DNA from: Eledone cirrhosa
Taxonomy: Eukaryota
Length of the DNA: 64,000 nt
NCBI GenBank assembly: GCA_964016885.1
Contig: OZ024742.1
Span: 72,478,001-72,542,000 of the forward strand
Direction of reading: 5' to 3'
The translations under genes were made by a program, and so were the position numbers. Position 1 is the stretch's first letter. Every line of letters begins with the position of its first letter. This document shows, piece by piece, positions 48,955-61,265 of this stretch. A model generated the notes under the pieces. It ran no database searches, was not told the DNA's origin, and saw only the letters and a list, made by a program, of their open reading frames with translations.

Positions 48955-49603
48955 AAGCCTGCATGCTCCGATGGATGTGTAATAGTAATATACGCGAACG
49001 GCAAAGTATAAATGAATTGAGAGAGAGACTGAGCATAAGAGGAATCAAATGCTGTGTGCAGGAGAGGCGGTTGCATTGGTATGGACATGTGATGCATATG
49101 AAGGATGACAGCTGCATAAAAAGGTGCAGAGCAGTAGAAGTCGATGGAAACCATGGAGTGGGGAGACCCAAGAAGACCTGGGATGAGGAGATAAAAGCCG
49201 ACCTTACTCAATTACACCTCTCAAAGGTGATGACACACGACCGTGACCTCTGGCGTCACGCAGTAATACAGAAGACCCGACCCCCCACGGGTACAAGCTA
49301 AAGCTGAAGCATATAGACAATATTCCCCCACAACCCCCCACTGCAAAGTGGTCGTGGAGGTGCCACGGCAAAAAAGCACCCAGCCCATACTGTAAAGTGG
49401 TCGTGTAGGCGCCACGGAAAAAAGCACCCAGCACTCACTATAAATGAGGTTGGTCTTAGGAAGGACATCCAGCTGTAGAAATCAAGCCAGAAACAGTTCC
49501 TGTATGAGCAAGACAAGGTCAGCCGACCGGACACTGCCCACAACAGGACAACCCGTCTAACCCATGCTAGCGTGGAAGAACGGACGTAAAACGGTGATGA
49601 TGA
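48955..49603 (+). mobile_element. 5'-truncated RTE LINE whose 3' region continues into a SINE-B-like domain and (GAT)n tail
   Basis: [38 protein letters not shown] (48963-49301), then AAAAGCACCCAGC repeats, GGTTGGTCTTAGGAAGGACATCCAGC and the tail. Confidence 0.85.
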
Positions 49604-50736
49604 TATATATATATGTATGTATGAAGCAAAGAAATATCAGTGATACGAAAATATTTCCTGGTGGAAGTTCAGGTAAACTCCGGGTGTATATCTAGTTCAA
49701 GAGTGAAAATCCAATTTGAAAATCCAATGATATATATATATATATGCGTACCGTCTAACCCATGCTAGCGTGGAAGATGGACGTTAAACAATGATGATGT
49801 ATAATGAATAATAAATACTACCTCTCATATATATATATAAAATCATCATCATTTAACATCTATTTTCTTGTTAGTAAGGATTAAATAGGTCTTCACAAAC
49901 TAAGTCAGTACTCAAGTGAGGATCATTTTCCCTGCTAAAGAAGGGGTTAGCCATATAGGCCCTGTGGCAGGCTTATATATTCATCATGGGGTCGTATTTT
50001 TAAGCAATGTTTTACAGCTAGATGTCCTTCCTGGCAGATCTTTTAGCTACCTCTTCCAACATGCAGGGATATGGTGTACCTATTCTAAATTAGATACACA
50101 TGGATTTTTTTCTTTCCAGTTGAATTTGATTTTATTATGCTGTTTTTTCCTCTTTTCAATTCTAAATAAAAACCAAAGAGTTAACCTCAGTAATAGTGAC
50201 AGTGAACAGCTAGGGTCATACTGATATAAAATAATTGTTTCTAAAGTCAATTAATCAGCCCCAGTACCTTACTGGAACTATATTTTATTGACTACAGAAG
50301 AATGAAAGGCAAAGTTGATGTAGGCGGGATTTAAACTCAAAATGTAAAGGGCCATAACTAAATACTACAAAGCATTCTGTCCTATACTCTAATGATTCTG
50401 TTAATCCACCACTGTTTATATTGGTATATAATAATAGAATTAATATCACATTGTCAATAGAATTTTTATAATGTATAAGATTATGCAGATACTATATACA
50501 ATACTTAACAAAAAAAAAGTGGAGGGGAAGTAGTAAGGAAGAAAAAAAGAGAGAAAAGATGAAGAAAAAGGGGAGGGGAGAAGACCTACCCACACAATCA
50601 TACACCACAGCTAAGGGCATTGAAGTTTCCTTCTAAAAATTTTGTGGCTAGCCAATATGTCACAGATGATTGCAAGGCTTACCAAAGATACAGTTGATTC
50701 ATATTTCTTTGTATTCTATTTTACAGAACTAACGGG

Positions 50737-51042
50737 ATGGACAGAAAGAAGACACGCCGAAAGAGCGAGCTCCAAGGGAATCACAAAGCAAATCATAAAT
50801 TTGACCCTACCAAAAACATTCACCTTTGGACCATGTGGCGTGTGGCTATCAATGATAAATTGGTGGAGCAGTCGGGCAATGCCAAATACCCGTATCAATA
50901 CAATTTCAACATCTTGCCATTTTGTAGCTACATTCAACTGAGTGAAAACAGTGCGGAGAGGATCAAATCAATTGATGGTCGGATACTGACTGTTGAACAG
51001 TTTCTGTACTACGGACTCCCCAGAGTAAAGCCTAGGAGATAA
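50737..51042 (+). CDS. Candidate orphan protein or terminal coding exon (101 aa), function unknown
   Basis: Acceptor TTTCTTTGTATTCTATTTTACAG ends at 50726. ATG is in GGGATGG context. The sequence is non-repetitive with higher GC than its flanks. AATAAA at ~51153 and ~51238. No recognisable homology. Confidence 0.45.
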   Translation: MDRKKTRRKSELQGNHKANHKFDPTKNIHLWTMWRVAINDKLVEQSGNAKYPYQYNFNILPFCSYIQLSENSAERIKSIDGRILTVEQFLYYGLPRVKPRR

Positions 51043-51618
51043 TACATCAACAGACATACACATACATTCATGCATATACATTTATCACATATATACCATA
51101 TAACACATATAGTATGTATGATACATACACACATATATACATATATATACAAATAAATATAAATACATAATATATAAATATATATATATCCTTATCAAAA
51201 AGGAAGTTTCTTTGTATGTTGACTGCTAATAACACTAAATAAAATTGATAATAATTAAGATTTTTCATGCATTTTCAACTAATCTGACTTCCATCAAAGT
51301 AACTGTCAACATATTTTTCGAAAATGGAATGGGGCGAGTGGGCGAGATGGAGGAGAATTTACTGCTATTGCTAGCAGACAGATACTGTTTCTTCATTCAC
51401 CATGCTATCAATATATAGAGAAGAGAACACTGCATCTCACACTCAATCCCCCCCCTCTCTAATTAACTAAAACTTTTCGTTTTTTTCGTTTGTTATTTGC
51501 CTGTCTGATATCTGACCCAATCTCTCCCTTCCCACCTTTTTCTATCTCTGTATATGTGTCTCTCACTCTTTATGTGTGTATAGAGCTCTCTTCTTTCCTT
51601 TACCCCCGGAAATACTTA

Positions 51619-51683
<65 letters not shown>

Positions 51684-51775
51684 CTGATAGAGAGAGAGAC
51701 ATACAGATAAAGAGAAAAAAGAAGTGAAAGAGAGAAGGGAAGAGAGAGGAACACACACACTAATTTCTCATTCTT

Positions 51776-51811
51776 TCTTCTGATGAAGGACTAGCGTCTG
51801 AAATGTTAAGA
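51776..51811 (+). ncRNA. Decayed minimal (Penelope-type) hammerhead ribozyme motif
   Basis: TCTT-CTGATGA-A-GGAC TAGC GTCT-GAAA-TGTT-AAGA: core boxes, stem II and stem I (TCTT/AAGA) are present; stem III is ATGT instead of palindromic ACGT. Confidence 0.5.
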
Positions 51812-51919
51812 CCCTCTTCCTGCTATTTTAAGTGTTAACTTAATATATTCTTTCCATACACTGTACCAATTGTGTTGTTATTTCTGTTTACCTTTTACAC
51901 ACATATATATATATATAGG

Positions 51920-52212
51920 ACCAAGACCTCTGGCGTCACGCAGTAATACAGAAGACCCGACTTCCCACGGGTACAAGCCGAAGCTGAAGCATATAGACAA
52001 TATGCCGCCACCCACTCCCACTGCAAAGTGGTCGTGGAGGCATCACAGAAAAAAAGCACCCAGCACTAACTGTAAATGCCTCTGGTGTTAGGAAGGGCAT
52101 CCAGCTGTAGAAATCAAGCCAGAATCAGTTCCCGTATGAGCAAGACAAGGTCAGCCGACTGGGCACTGCCCACAACAGGACAACCCGTCTAACCATGCTA
52201 ATGTGGAAGATG
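51920..52212 (+). mobile_element. Second, shorter copy of the RTE/SINE-B chimeric 3' end
   Basis: GACCTCTGGCGTCACGCAGTAATACAGAAGACCCGAC...GCATATAGACAATAT... is collinear with 49245-49580. Confidence 0.85.
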
Positions 52213-52699
52213 CTTGCAATCACCTTCTTTACTAAAAACAAAAAGGTAGGGTGAGGAGGTAACCCTTGGACTTTTCCAGCCTTGGAGATTTCTTCAGTTT
52301 GAATAACAGAGGTATGAAGGGGGGCGGGGACACTCAGAATTACAGATAAGTACCCCTCAGCTCTAAAATAGATTTTTTTTCATGTCTTAGATAATTAGAA
52401 CATAGTAATTAGATTTTTTACAAAATAATGTAGATTTTAAGAATATATAATTATGATTTCTTGAATGCAGCCTTAATCACTGTATTTTAGTAGTCTATTC
52501 TGTTTGTGTATCGATGCAGTTTCCCAATTCTTAACTCTGCCACAGCATCTACAATGCATGAAGGAATAGAAGTGTCACTGACAGTCTTACCAGCCTTCGT
52601 CCACCCATTCCCTACGACCTCCGCCTCATTCCAGAGGGTTCCAACAGGGTGACCTGCTGAAACTTGCTCTTTTCCCAATTACTGACCAAGCCTTCAAGT

Positions 52700-54275
52700 C
52701 CATCTTTCAATCTAAGCTAGCTAACCTCAATCAACTTTTAAAAAACCTCGAAGTCATTGAGCCTCACCAAGGTTTTTTATACTTAGGAATTATTTGTCAA
52801 TTCCTAAGTTGTACTTCCTCAGAGTTAGTCCTTCTTACAAATTCTCATTGTCTCTCCAACACTTTGACAGCCTAGTATTCAGTGAGCTCAATGTCTGACT
52901 CTCTCTAGAGTCCCACGACCAAACTGCCTTGCACAAACAATTTGGAAGTCTCAGTCTGCACAAATGCTCATCTTTGTCTCTACCTTGCTTTCTTTCCTCC
53001 ATCCATGCTAGCTCCCCTTTAGTGGGTGATATCTTCTCCTTTCCAACATGAACTAGTTCCACCAGGGAAATGGATGAAGCTTTATTAAGGTAGAGAGAGC
53101 TGGGTTTGTCAGTTCCCATTACTGATGAGGATAGACGGAAGCAGAGATTATGGGATAATCTGCGTTTGAGCGAAACTTTCAACTCTCTCTCTTTAATCAT
53201 TCTGATCTATTTTCTAGGTGCCGCTTACTTTCTGCAAAGTTCTCAGGGGACTGGACCGATGCCCCGCCTGTGGCCAACATTGGTGGTCTTTTCAATTAGA
53301 ACAAGCTCCGCATCTCCATTGCACTTCAAGTGGGAACTGATGTCTGTAGGGGTCTGAGATGTCATTACTTGCATGGCCCTCACAAGCCATTTGTCTACAC
53401 CTAGCTTCCAACCAGATTACAGAGCATGGGACCTTGTCAAAGACTTTCTCTCTCAACTCCACAGGCCTACATGGTTTGTCCTGCTGCCTGAATGCTGGTC
53501 GTTTTGCCCGCCACACTGAGTTAAACTTGATTATTATATGAGTTCTAGCTTGGGTAAATATCCCTTCAGTTCTGGAGCTGGCTGGATTATCCAGAAGTAA
53601 TGGGAAGAGACCAGACGACCTTACCTCTTATCCCTGGGTAAGAGGTAGGTGTCTCATTTGGGACGCAACAGTCAGTGACTCTTTTGCTCTGTTCCACATC
53701 ATGGATGCTGCAGTAAATGTGAGGGTCACTGCTTCCGCTGCTGAACGGAATAAAATTCGGAAATACCTGGATTTATCTAATAATTATTTTTTCCAGACTG
53801 TGACATTTGAGATGTTTGGTGGAGTTGGGCTGCTGACAACAAAGTTCTTGTCATCACTGTTGGCTCACCTTATGGAGGTGTTAGGTGATGCTTGAGGGTG
53901 TTTGGTTGTTTCAGCGCTTTAGCCTCACCATCACCTGTGGTAATGCTGCAAGCATATTGGTTTGCCTCAAAATATTCAGTTGACCCTTGCGATGTGCAGC
54001 TGATTGTTGCACTTAGTGGTGAATTGATGGATGTTTTCATTTTAGTTTTTGCTTTCCTCTTTTTTTTCCTTCTTTCTCTTGCTCTGGTTATTTATTTTGG
54101 TACATTGTTTTCGTAAGGTTCCCAGCAATAATTAATTGTATTTGTTATGTGTTTATATTTGTGTTTATCAACGATATTATATTTGTAATGTTATCTACAC
54201 AACTGCGAATTTGTAATGCTATTTATACAATTATGAATTTGTAATGTCATTTATACAACTGTGAATAAAATAACC
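52700..54275 (+). mobile_element. CRE-clade non-LTR retrotransposon 3' part, degenerate, with restriction-like endonuclease (RLE)
   Basis: GLHGLSC..AGRFARHTELN..GKRPD..PWVRGRCLIWDATV..AERNKIRKY..FEMFG..WLFQRFSL..GNAASIL. The 3' UTR has ~27-bp tandem repeats and GTGAATAAAA. Confidence 0.82.
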
Positions 54276-54379
54276 TGAGTCTTAAAAAAAGAGTTTTCAA
54301 GGAGGAACAGAAAACAAGTTCTGATATAGAAGGAGGAGGAGACTAGAATGACTTTTAAAGTGTATAAGGTGTATTGTCA

Positions 54380-54790
54380 AAAAAGGTCCTCTTTTCTACT
54401 TTTGTCTTTGCTAAGTTTATTTTTAGGTTCTTCTTCCATGCTTAAAATTTTGCCTTTAACTCTCCTATAGATTTAGCTGTAAGAAATAGGTCATCAGCAT
54501 ATATAAGTTCCCAATGAGTAATGGCCTGAAGGACAATGACAAACGGAAGTGGACTGAGGACTGAGCCCTGGTAGATTTCCACTGGCACTACAAATTCATC
54601 ACCATACTCATTGGCAATTCTTACTTTGCTGGTTTATACATTGCTTGCATGACCCTCACAAGCCATGCATTTACACCTAGCTTCCTAAGTGCCCACCAAA
54701 TTAAAGAGCTTTCTCCATATCTAAAAAAGTCAAATATATTGGCTTATTTTTAGCTAAGTACTTATCTTGTAGTTATTTCATCATAAAAAC
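54380..54790 (-). mobile_element. Degenerate RTE-clade RT fragment
   Basis: Minus strand reads QGSVLSPLPFVIVLQAI..WELIYADDL. Confidence 0.75.
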
Positions 54791-55104
54791 AGCTCCTCAG
54801 AATAAGTCTCCCATGCTTCTTTCTTTTTGGCATAAGACAGTGCAAGTGCTCCACTATCATTTCAAACAAACTTTTTCCCAATTACATCATGATCTTCTTT
54901 AGCACACTGTCTCACAATCCAGAATACTTCATGCAGGACAAGTGGAAACTTCTTCTTTTCTGCCTCCACCCTAGCAAGGTCTTGTGTCTTATATAGCTAC
55001 TTGGTATTTCTTTCCATTTCCTCCATTCCTCCAGTCTCTCTAGGTTTGTCTTTTTGTTTTTATGGCTCTAACTTATCATTCAGCTACCATGTTGTATGTA
55101 TATT

Positions 55105-55650
55105 CATTAATCCTTTTACATCCATTTTTCCATGCTTAGATGGGTTGAAACAGCTCCCTCTACTTGTAGCATTCCTTCATCATCTCCTCTCTGAACAACA
55201 GTGTTTTGAGATCAACTCTAACCACCTCTGCCCAACTTTTTCTCAGTCTTCCTCTACTGTAACTTCTTTCTACTGGCATCTCCAGCATTCACCATCTGTA
55301 TGCATCACTTGTGCTGTCTTTTCTTATACACTACATCTGATTCTGTTTATTCCTAGCTTTTCTTTCAGTTTATCCATGTTTCATCATTCCTTCATACTAA
55401 CTCTACACATTCAATTGCTTTATTTCTCTCAAGCTCTGTATATCCTCTGCTTTTTCTCCTATATTTCACTGCCATGTAACATTACACTTTTCTCACAGGC
55501 ATCATACAATTTACCCTTCACTTATAAAGAATATCCCTTTGTTGTCAACAGATGTAGTAGGTCCCTAAACAACGTTCCAGCCTGTTCTGATTCTACCTCT
55601 TCTGCTTTCAAAGCAACCTCTTCCACTGCTAGTTAGATTACCTAAGCAGA
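55105..55650 (-). mobile_element. Degenerate RTE 3' end / SINE remnants
   Basis: CATCCATTTTTCCATGCTT tail and similarity to the reverse complement of 6700-7010. Confidence 0.5.
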
Positions 55651-56206
55651 AGCTATCCACCATTTCTATGGATCCTTCCTGGGATTGGAAAATGTTTATT
55701 TCACTGATGCTCTTACTACCAACTATCCCTGTACACCTGATAAATACAAAGTCTATATTTTTTGTTAGTCTGCCTGATACCCCACTCCACTTCTTGTATA
55801 CATTGTCTAAATAATATACAGTTTCTCCCTACTCCATTTCTACATATTGATCAAGGTCACTTCAATGAAAGGATCAGGATGCTGTTTTTGTCCTTACTAA
55901 ACTTTTACATATATATATTTGAAATGTGGTTGTCCCAGCACAACTTACTATAATAGTAGTCAATCAAATAATTGCTTCTACTTTTGGCACAAGGCCAGCA
56001 ATTACTGGTGCTTTATTTTATCGACCCTGTAAGGAGGAAAGGCAAAGTTAACCTCGGCGGGATTTGAACTCAGAACTATTAAAAATAATAGTTCAGAAAA
56101 TTGTGTAAAGTACACCTAGAGATGGAAAAAAGTTACAGTCACCTGTCTACATACAGGAGTACTTTACCCAATTGTCTCAATCATTAATTATAATGATCAA
56201 CTATTA

Positions 56207-56390
56207 TTGGCAGTATCGGTAGAGGGTCGGACGCCATGCTTTGACGCATAGAGTTATGGCCCTTGCCATTCTGAGTTCAAATCCCGCCGAGGTTAACTTT
56301 GCCTTTCATCCTTACGGGGTCGATAAAATAAAGTACCAGTAATGTACTGGGTAATTGCTGGCCTTGTGCCAACAATAGAAACATATATTA
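56207..56390 (+). mobile_element. SINE family A copy (short, young-looking subfamily)
   Basis: Near-identical to 14326-14512; a partial inverted copy lies at ~55975-56075. Confidence 0.85.
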
Positions 56391-56779
56391 TAGTCATTTG
56401 CATTGTGACAACTATATCTCAAATTTGAAACTCTCCCAATGCTTCTTAAGTCAACCAGTTGTTTATATTTATATAATTATAAAAGTAATTTTTATAGCAT
56501 AAGCATAAAAATGTTTTTATACAATTTATAGCCATTTCTTAAAATAAAACATGTAAACAAGGACGCTTGTGTGTGTATGTGAGCCATCATGCATAGACAG
56601 TTTTTTTTTATGAATCAAGGTTATGAATTGAATGGAGAATTAGCTCACGCATATACACACACACACCTAAACACTCCTTTGACACGACTCCCCGACGACA
56701 GCTTGCTACTTTCTTTTACCTTTAAATAAACACAAGTTCTCAGTTAATAATTTGTGATATGTATGTTTATTGTATATAT

Positions 56780-57115
56780 GGTTCCAGACACATCTTAATT
56801 TAGTTCATAATATCCATCACCTTTCACCTTTTTATGTCAGCTCACATCAAATCAGTTTATTATAGCCAATCCTCCTTTTATAGTATTGCAGTCCTCAACT
56901 TATTTACATTGGTGAAGCCAGTGTCTTTCATCAGGGTATCAATGTATTTTATTGCCCTAAGATATATGCTTCTTTGTCTGAATGTTGGTTTCCACAGTAC
57001 CAGTTTTGGTGTCTCTTCTTCCGAGTGTCTTACACACTGCCCTGCTAACTTCATGCTCCTGATGAGGTAACATGTAACACAGTGCAACCTGTCCCATGGT
57101 CGGGTCATCAGTGTT
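56780..57115 (-). mobile_element. RTE-like LINE 3' remnant
   Basis: KLAGQCVRHSEEETPKLVLWKP...YIDTLMKDTG. Confidence 0.6.
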
Positions 57116-57790
57116 TAAACTAAACTTAATGGGTGAGGAGGGTGATTTTGGACACTCTGCAGGATGAAAAACAAAATCCGACAAAGAGCCAATGGCCATC
57201 TAATACACTGTTCAAGATATTGCGTAGATGTGTACATAATGTGTTGGTGTGTATGGGATTGTTTGTGTGTGTGCGTGTGCATACATATAAGTATATAAGT
57301 AAAAAATATATGTGCATATATAAGTTTAAAAAAAAAGATATTTAGAAGTATTAACTTTGATAAAGATCTTGCTATTCCCATGAGTAGCAGTAGTTTTGTG
57401 ATGGTGGAGTACATCAAATTATTCTATGGCATTACCAATGCACTAGTCTCACAGATGATTGATACATATCAACAATGAGAAAGCACTACCATTTCAGTTA
57501 GAGAAATACCATGGGTTATAGGTGGCGTAGCAACCCCCTAATAGTAAACAGCCATCAAAATGAAAAAAAAAATCATCTTGCAATAGTATATTTTTATAAA
57601 TTATTCATAGAGATCCTCATATATATACATTTACAATTCCTTCAACTTAACAACTGCAACAACTACTACCACAACTACTATTTGCACCACCATCTCTACT
57701 ATTACTACTACTACTACTTCTCAAGGGTAGATACATGGTCAGCTTTGATGGAACCCTTGGAACCATATACAGACACAAACATATATATAC

Positions 57791-58247
57791 TGTTATGAAG
57801 GAGATTGTAAAGTCAATCATCAGCTGCAAATGGTATCACTTGAATTCGAACCCTGCGCCCCTAATCTACAAAAGAAAGTGAGGAAAAACGAACAATGGAT
57901 CACATGACTGATTTGAAGCATGATGCATGGGTTTTTGGTGCGTTTTATGAGAGGTAGACTATTTAAACCAGTGGAGTTACCAATGCAGGGAGTTGGTGTG
58001 AAGTTGGCAGTAAAAGAAGTCGATCTGAGGTCGGCGGCATGGTAAAGACAGTCGGTGTAAAGTTGATGGTGTTAATAGTCGATGTGAATGTGGGCGGCGA
58101 AGAACAACATTACACAAGACATCCATCCTGGCGTGTCTATTTCTTCCATTCTATGTGAGTTGCCTAGCTGGGCAGGCTTGTGGTTTCCCAGTTGCTGACT
58201 TTGGGTTGTTGGAGCCTTGTTGTAGTTGGAGACCACATTTTACAACA
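57791..58247. mobile_element. Solo LTR (457 bp) with 4-bp TSD
   Basis: ATAC|TGTTATGAA ... TTTACAACA|ATAC; TG..CA termini; higher GC than flanks; TATTTAAA at ~57960. Confidence 0.72.
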
Positions 58248-59288
58248 ATACTTTGAGGAAAGTTAAGGCAACAACAGAAAATTATACTTTTCATTTTCTA
58301 TAATCCATAATGACTACAATATTACATCTTATATGTTTCTTTAATAACTATATTATAATTATTTTATGTTCATTGATGATTCCTTATTATTTTTGGCTGG
58401 TGTTTGATCTGAATTTTAAATGTAATAATTATGAAGTTATAAAATCACAAAATTTGCCTAACATTCTGTTCTAATCTTTTGCTGGATCATAATATTTTAC
58501 AGGATTGATTAATCATTAATTTTTCTATCAAATAGTACTGCTAAGCATAAATTTCTACAGAAGTCTGAAATATTGCCTTGTATTTCATTAATGTTAGATT
58601 TTTGTGGTGCTGGCTGAATTTTAGCCCTTTTGTTGCATCGACAGTGTTTTGTTTGATAAATTAACCCTCTCATTACTGTATCTCTTATGAAAAACACTGC
58701 CTATAATTTTTTAGTCATTTTGAAAATAACCAAGAGTTTGGAGAAATTTAGTAGTATAACTTATATAGCTGTTTTTTTTAGCATAACTTAACAAACGTTC
58801 TTACATAAAATGATGAGGGAATATTTTTAGATAAATATATACACTTTAAAACAATAGTTTTTCGATTCAAAAGAGTTAATTACCTTTCGTATCTCCCATT
58901 TTGTTTTTACAACCAAGTGTCGCAATTTCTGTCAACTATGTCTAAATAAAAAATGATCCCTTAACTTCATCTCTATGGCATTAGTATTTTTGTAATTGTT
59001 AATGCTTATGGCATTTTTATCTAGTTTTCTGTAATAACTTTATTTATTGACAGGTTGTCATTGGCTCTGTCTGAAATTGTCTAGAACATCAAACTCAGTT
59101 GATAAACTAAAGGTCCTAGGTTCAATCCTTGGCCTAGCTCAGAAATAACATCTGAAAACAACTGGAAAGAGTAGTTTGTCAGTAACATCGAAGATTAGAA
59201 AGTAGTTTGTTTGCTAGAACTGTAAAACAACATCTATATAGTGTTTCATAAAGGATATAGGAGGTTATAATATAACATTATTGTCAAA

Positions 59289-59495
59289 GTGGCATCGCAG
59301 ACGAGGGGTTTGCCACCACGGAACGGGAAGATGGTCATGCCATCTGGCTTTTTGCCATCCCCTCGGTCCAGCCCCACTGGCTCGAGCTGGGAAGGGAAGC
59401 CTACAGCGTCCAAGTCATGCTTCATGACCTCGTTGAGGGCAGCATGGTGTGGAAGGCGGCCGGCACTGTGGTGACAGGAAAGCGGGTGGAGGCCG
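59289..59495 (-). mobile_element. CRE-clade RLE fragment (second subfamily)
   Basis: Minus strand reads GLHPLSCHHSAGRLPHHAALNEV..FPSQLEPVGLDRGDGKKPDGMTIFPFRGGKPLVCDAT. Confidence 0.82.
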
Positions 59496-60719
59496 GGTTG
59501 ATGGAGTGTGGAAAGGAAGAAAGGGTGGTTAAGACTCCCAGGAATAGGTAGGAATGAAGTAGGAGGAACGCTATCAATGAGAGATTCTAAGGAAACTGTT
59601 GCTTGCTGGTGTTTTTTTGTAGTACACTATTGATTTATTTTGTTAATTTTTATGAAATAAGGAGAATAATCAAATGTCCAGAATCAATGAAATAATTACC
59701 ATAATTATTATCACTTGGTGATCCTAGTTGAGATGGAGAATGAAAATAAAACCCACAGTAAAAAGTTACACTTTTCGCAAGGAAAAATTATCACAGGAAA
59801 CAAATCACATTATTTATATACTATATCAAAAAGCAATTTATTCAAAATAGTGGAAACGTATAATTATAAAGATACAAGAAAAAAGGAAATCACTGAAGAC
59901 TCCTAAATTCTGGTTAGGGTTAAAATTGTATATATATTTATGTGTATGTACTGTTTGTATTGTGATTTTTCGTCCCTGACTATTTTTCTTGGTTGCCTCG
60001 AGACAGACATCACAACTTTTTCCCATAGCTCACAATTCTATAATATTACACCAAGGTATCACTCCCAAATCTCTGGCGATACCATCTCGATAGATCATCT
60101 GACTTTTCCCACCAGCTAACCAATGTCTCTTAAATATAAATGATGACAGACACTAACTTATCTTTTGCTTTAAAGCAATGTCCAACAAATTCTACTCTAT
60201 TTTTCCTCACAGATTGTAAGATGGGTGGTAAAGACCCATACATTTATTTTAATGTTGGATGCATTAGCCAAGGATAATAAAAAGAAATTTTAAGTTACTA
60301 TAACCTAAATGACACTTTCAAAATTCATTGTTACCAAAAGCCTTCAGAGTGTCATTGCTGACATGCATGTTATAGATTAGAGCATTTCTGCATCAGATAG
60401 TGTAAGTGGGATTTGAACTCAGAGTGCAGAAAGCAAAAAAAATAATACCACTAGGTGTTTTGTCCGATGCTTTAATGACTCAATCTGCCACTACATATAA
60501 GTGACACTCCAATAATAAGATTATTTTTTTTTTAAATGGTAAAAATTTGATCACACGCTAAAAAAATAAAGCTTCTGCCACTACAGCTAACATGCCCTTC
60601 TCTCTTTTAAAGAAAGCAGTAGGTATATGTGTGTGTGTGTTGGTTGAGGAAGGTGTCTTTTTGTAACAACAATAGTTGTGAGGTATGATAAAACATCTAT
60701 TTGAATTTTAGGCACCCAT

Positions 60720-61265
60720 TCATCATCATTCATCATTTCATTTTACGTCCGCTTTTTCCCTGCTTGCAAGGGTGGGACGGGAACTGATTCTGGCTTGATT
60801 TCTACAGCTGGATGCCCTTCCTAACACCAACCTCATTTACAGTGAGTGCTGGGTGCTTTTTTGTCGTGGCACCGACACAACCACTTTGCAGTGGAATGAT
60901 AGGGACCTCAGTCCCTATCATCTCATTTCTACAGCTGAGTAAACTGGAGCAATATGAAATAAAGTGCCTTGCTCAAGGAAACAACACATCACCCGGTCTG
61001 AGAATTGAACTCACAACCTTTCGATTGCAAGGCCAATGCTCTAACCACTAAGCCATGTGCCTCCATATTATAATACAATTGTTTCTACATTAGGCACAAG
61101 GCCAGCAATTACCCAGTACATTACCGGTACTTTATTTTATCGACCCCATAAGGATGAAAAACAAAGTTAACCTCGGCGGGATTTGAACTCAGATCGTAAA
61201 GGGACGTAACTCTATGCTTCAAAGCATGGTGTCCGACTCTCTACTGATACTGCCAATCCACCGCC
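60720..61265 (-). mobile_element. Cluster of SINE B (60720-60895), SINE C (60920-61045) and SINE A (61075-61265)
   Basis: Each matches the family motifs described above on the minus strand. Confidence 0.78.

Noticed and set aside
50642-50941. Alternative overlapping 99-aa frame at the candidate orphan exon
   Set aside because: It starts at a non-ATG codon upstream of the acceptor. The 50737 frame has the better start context and spans the whole unique segment, though this frame is not formally excluded.
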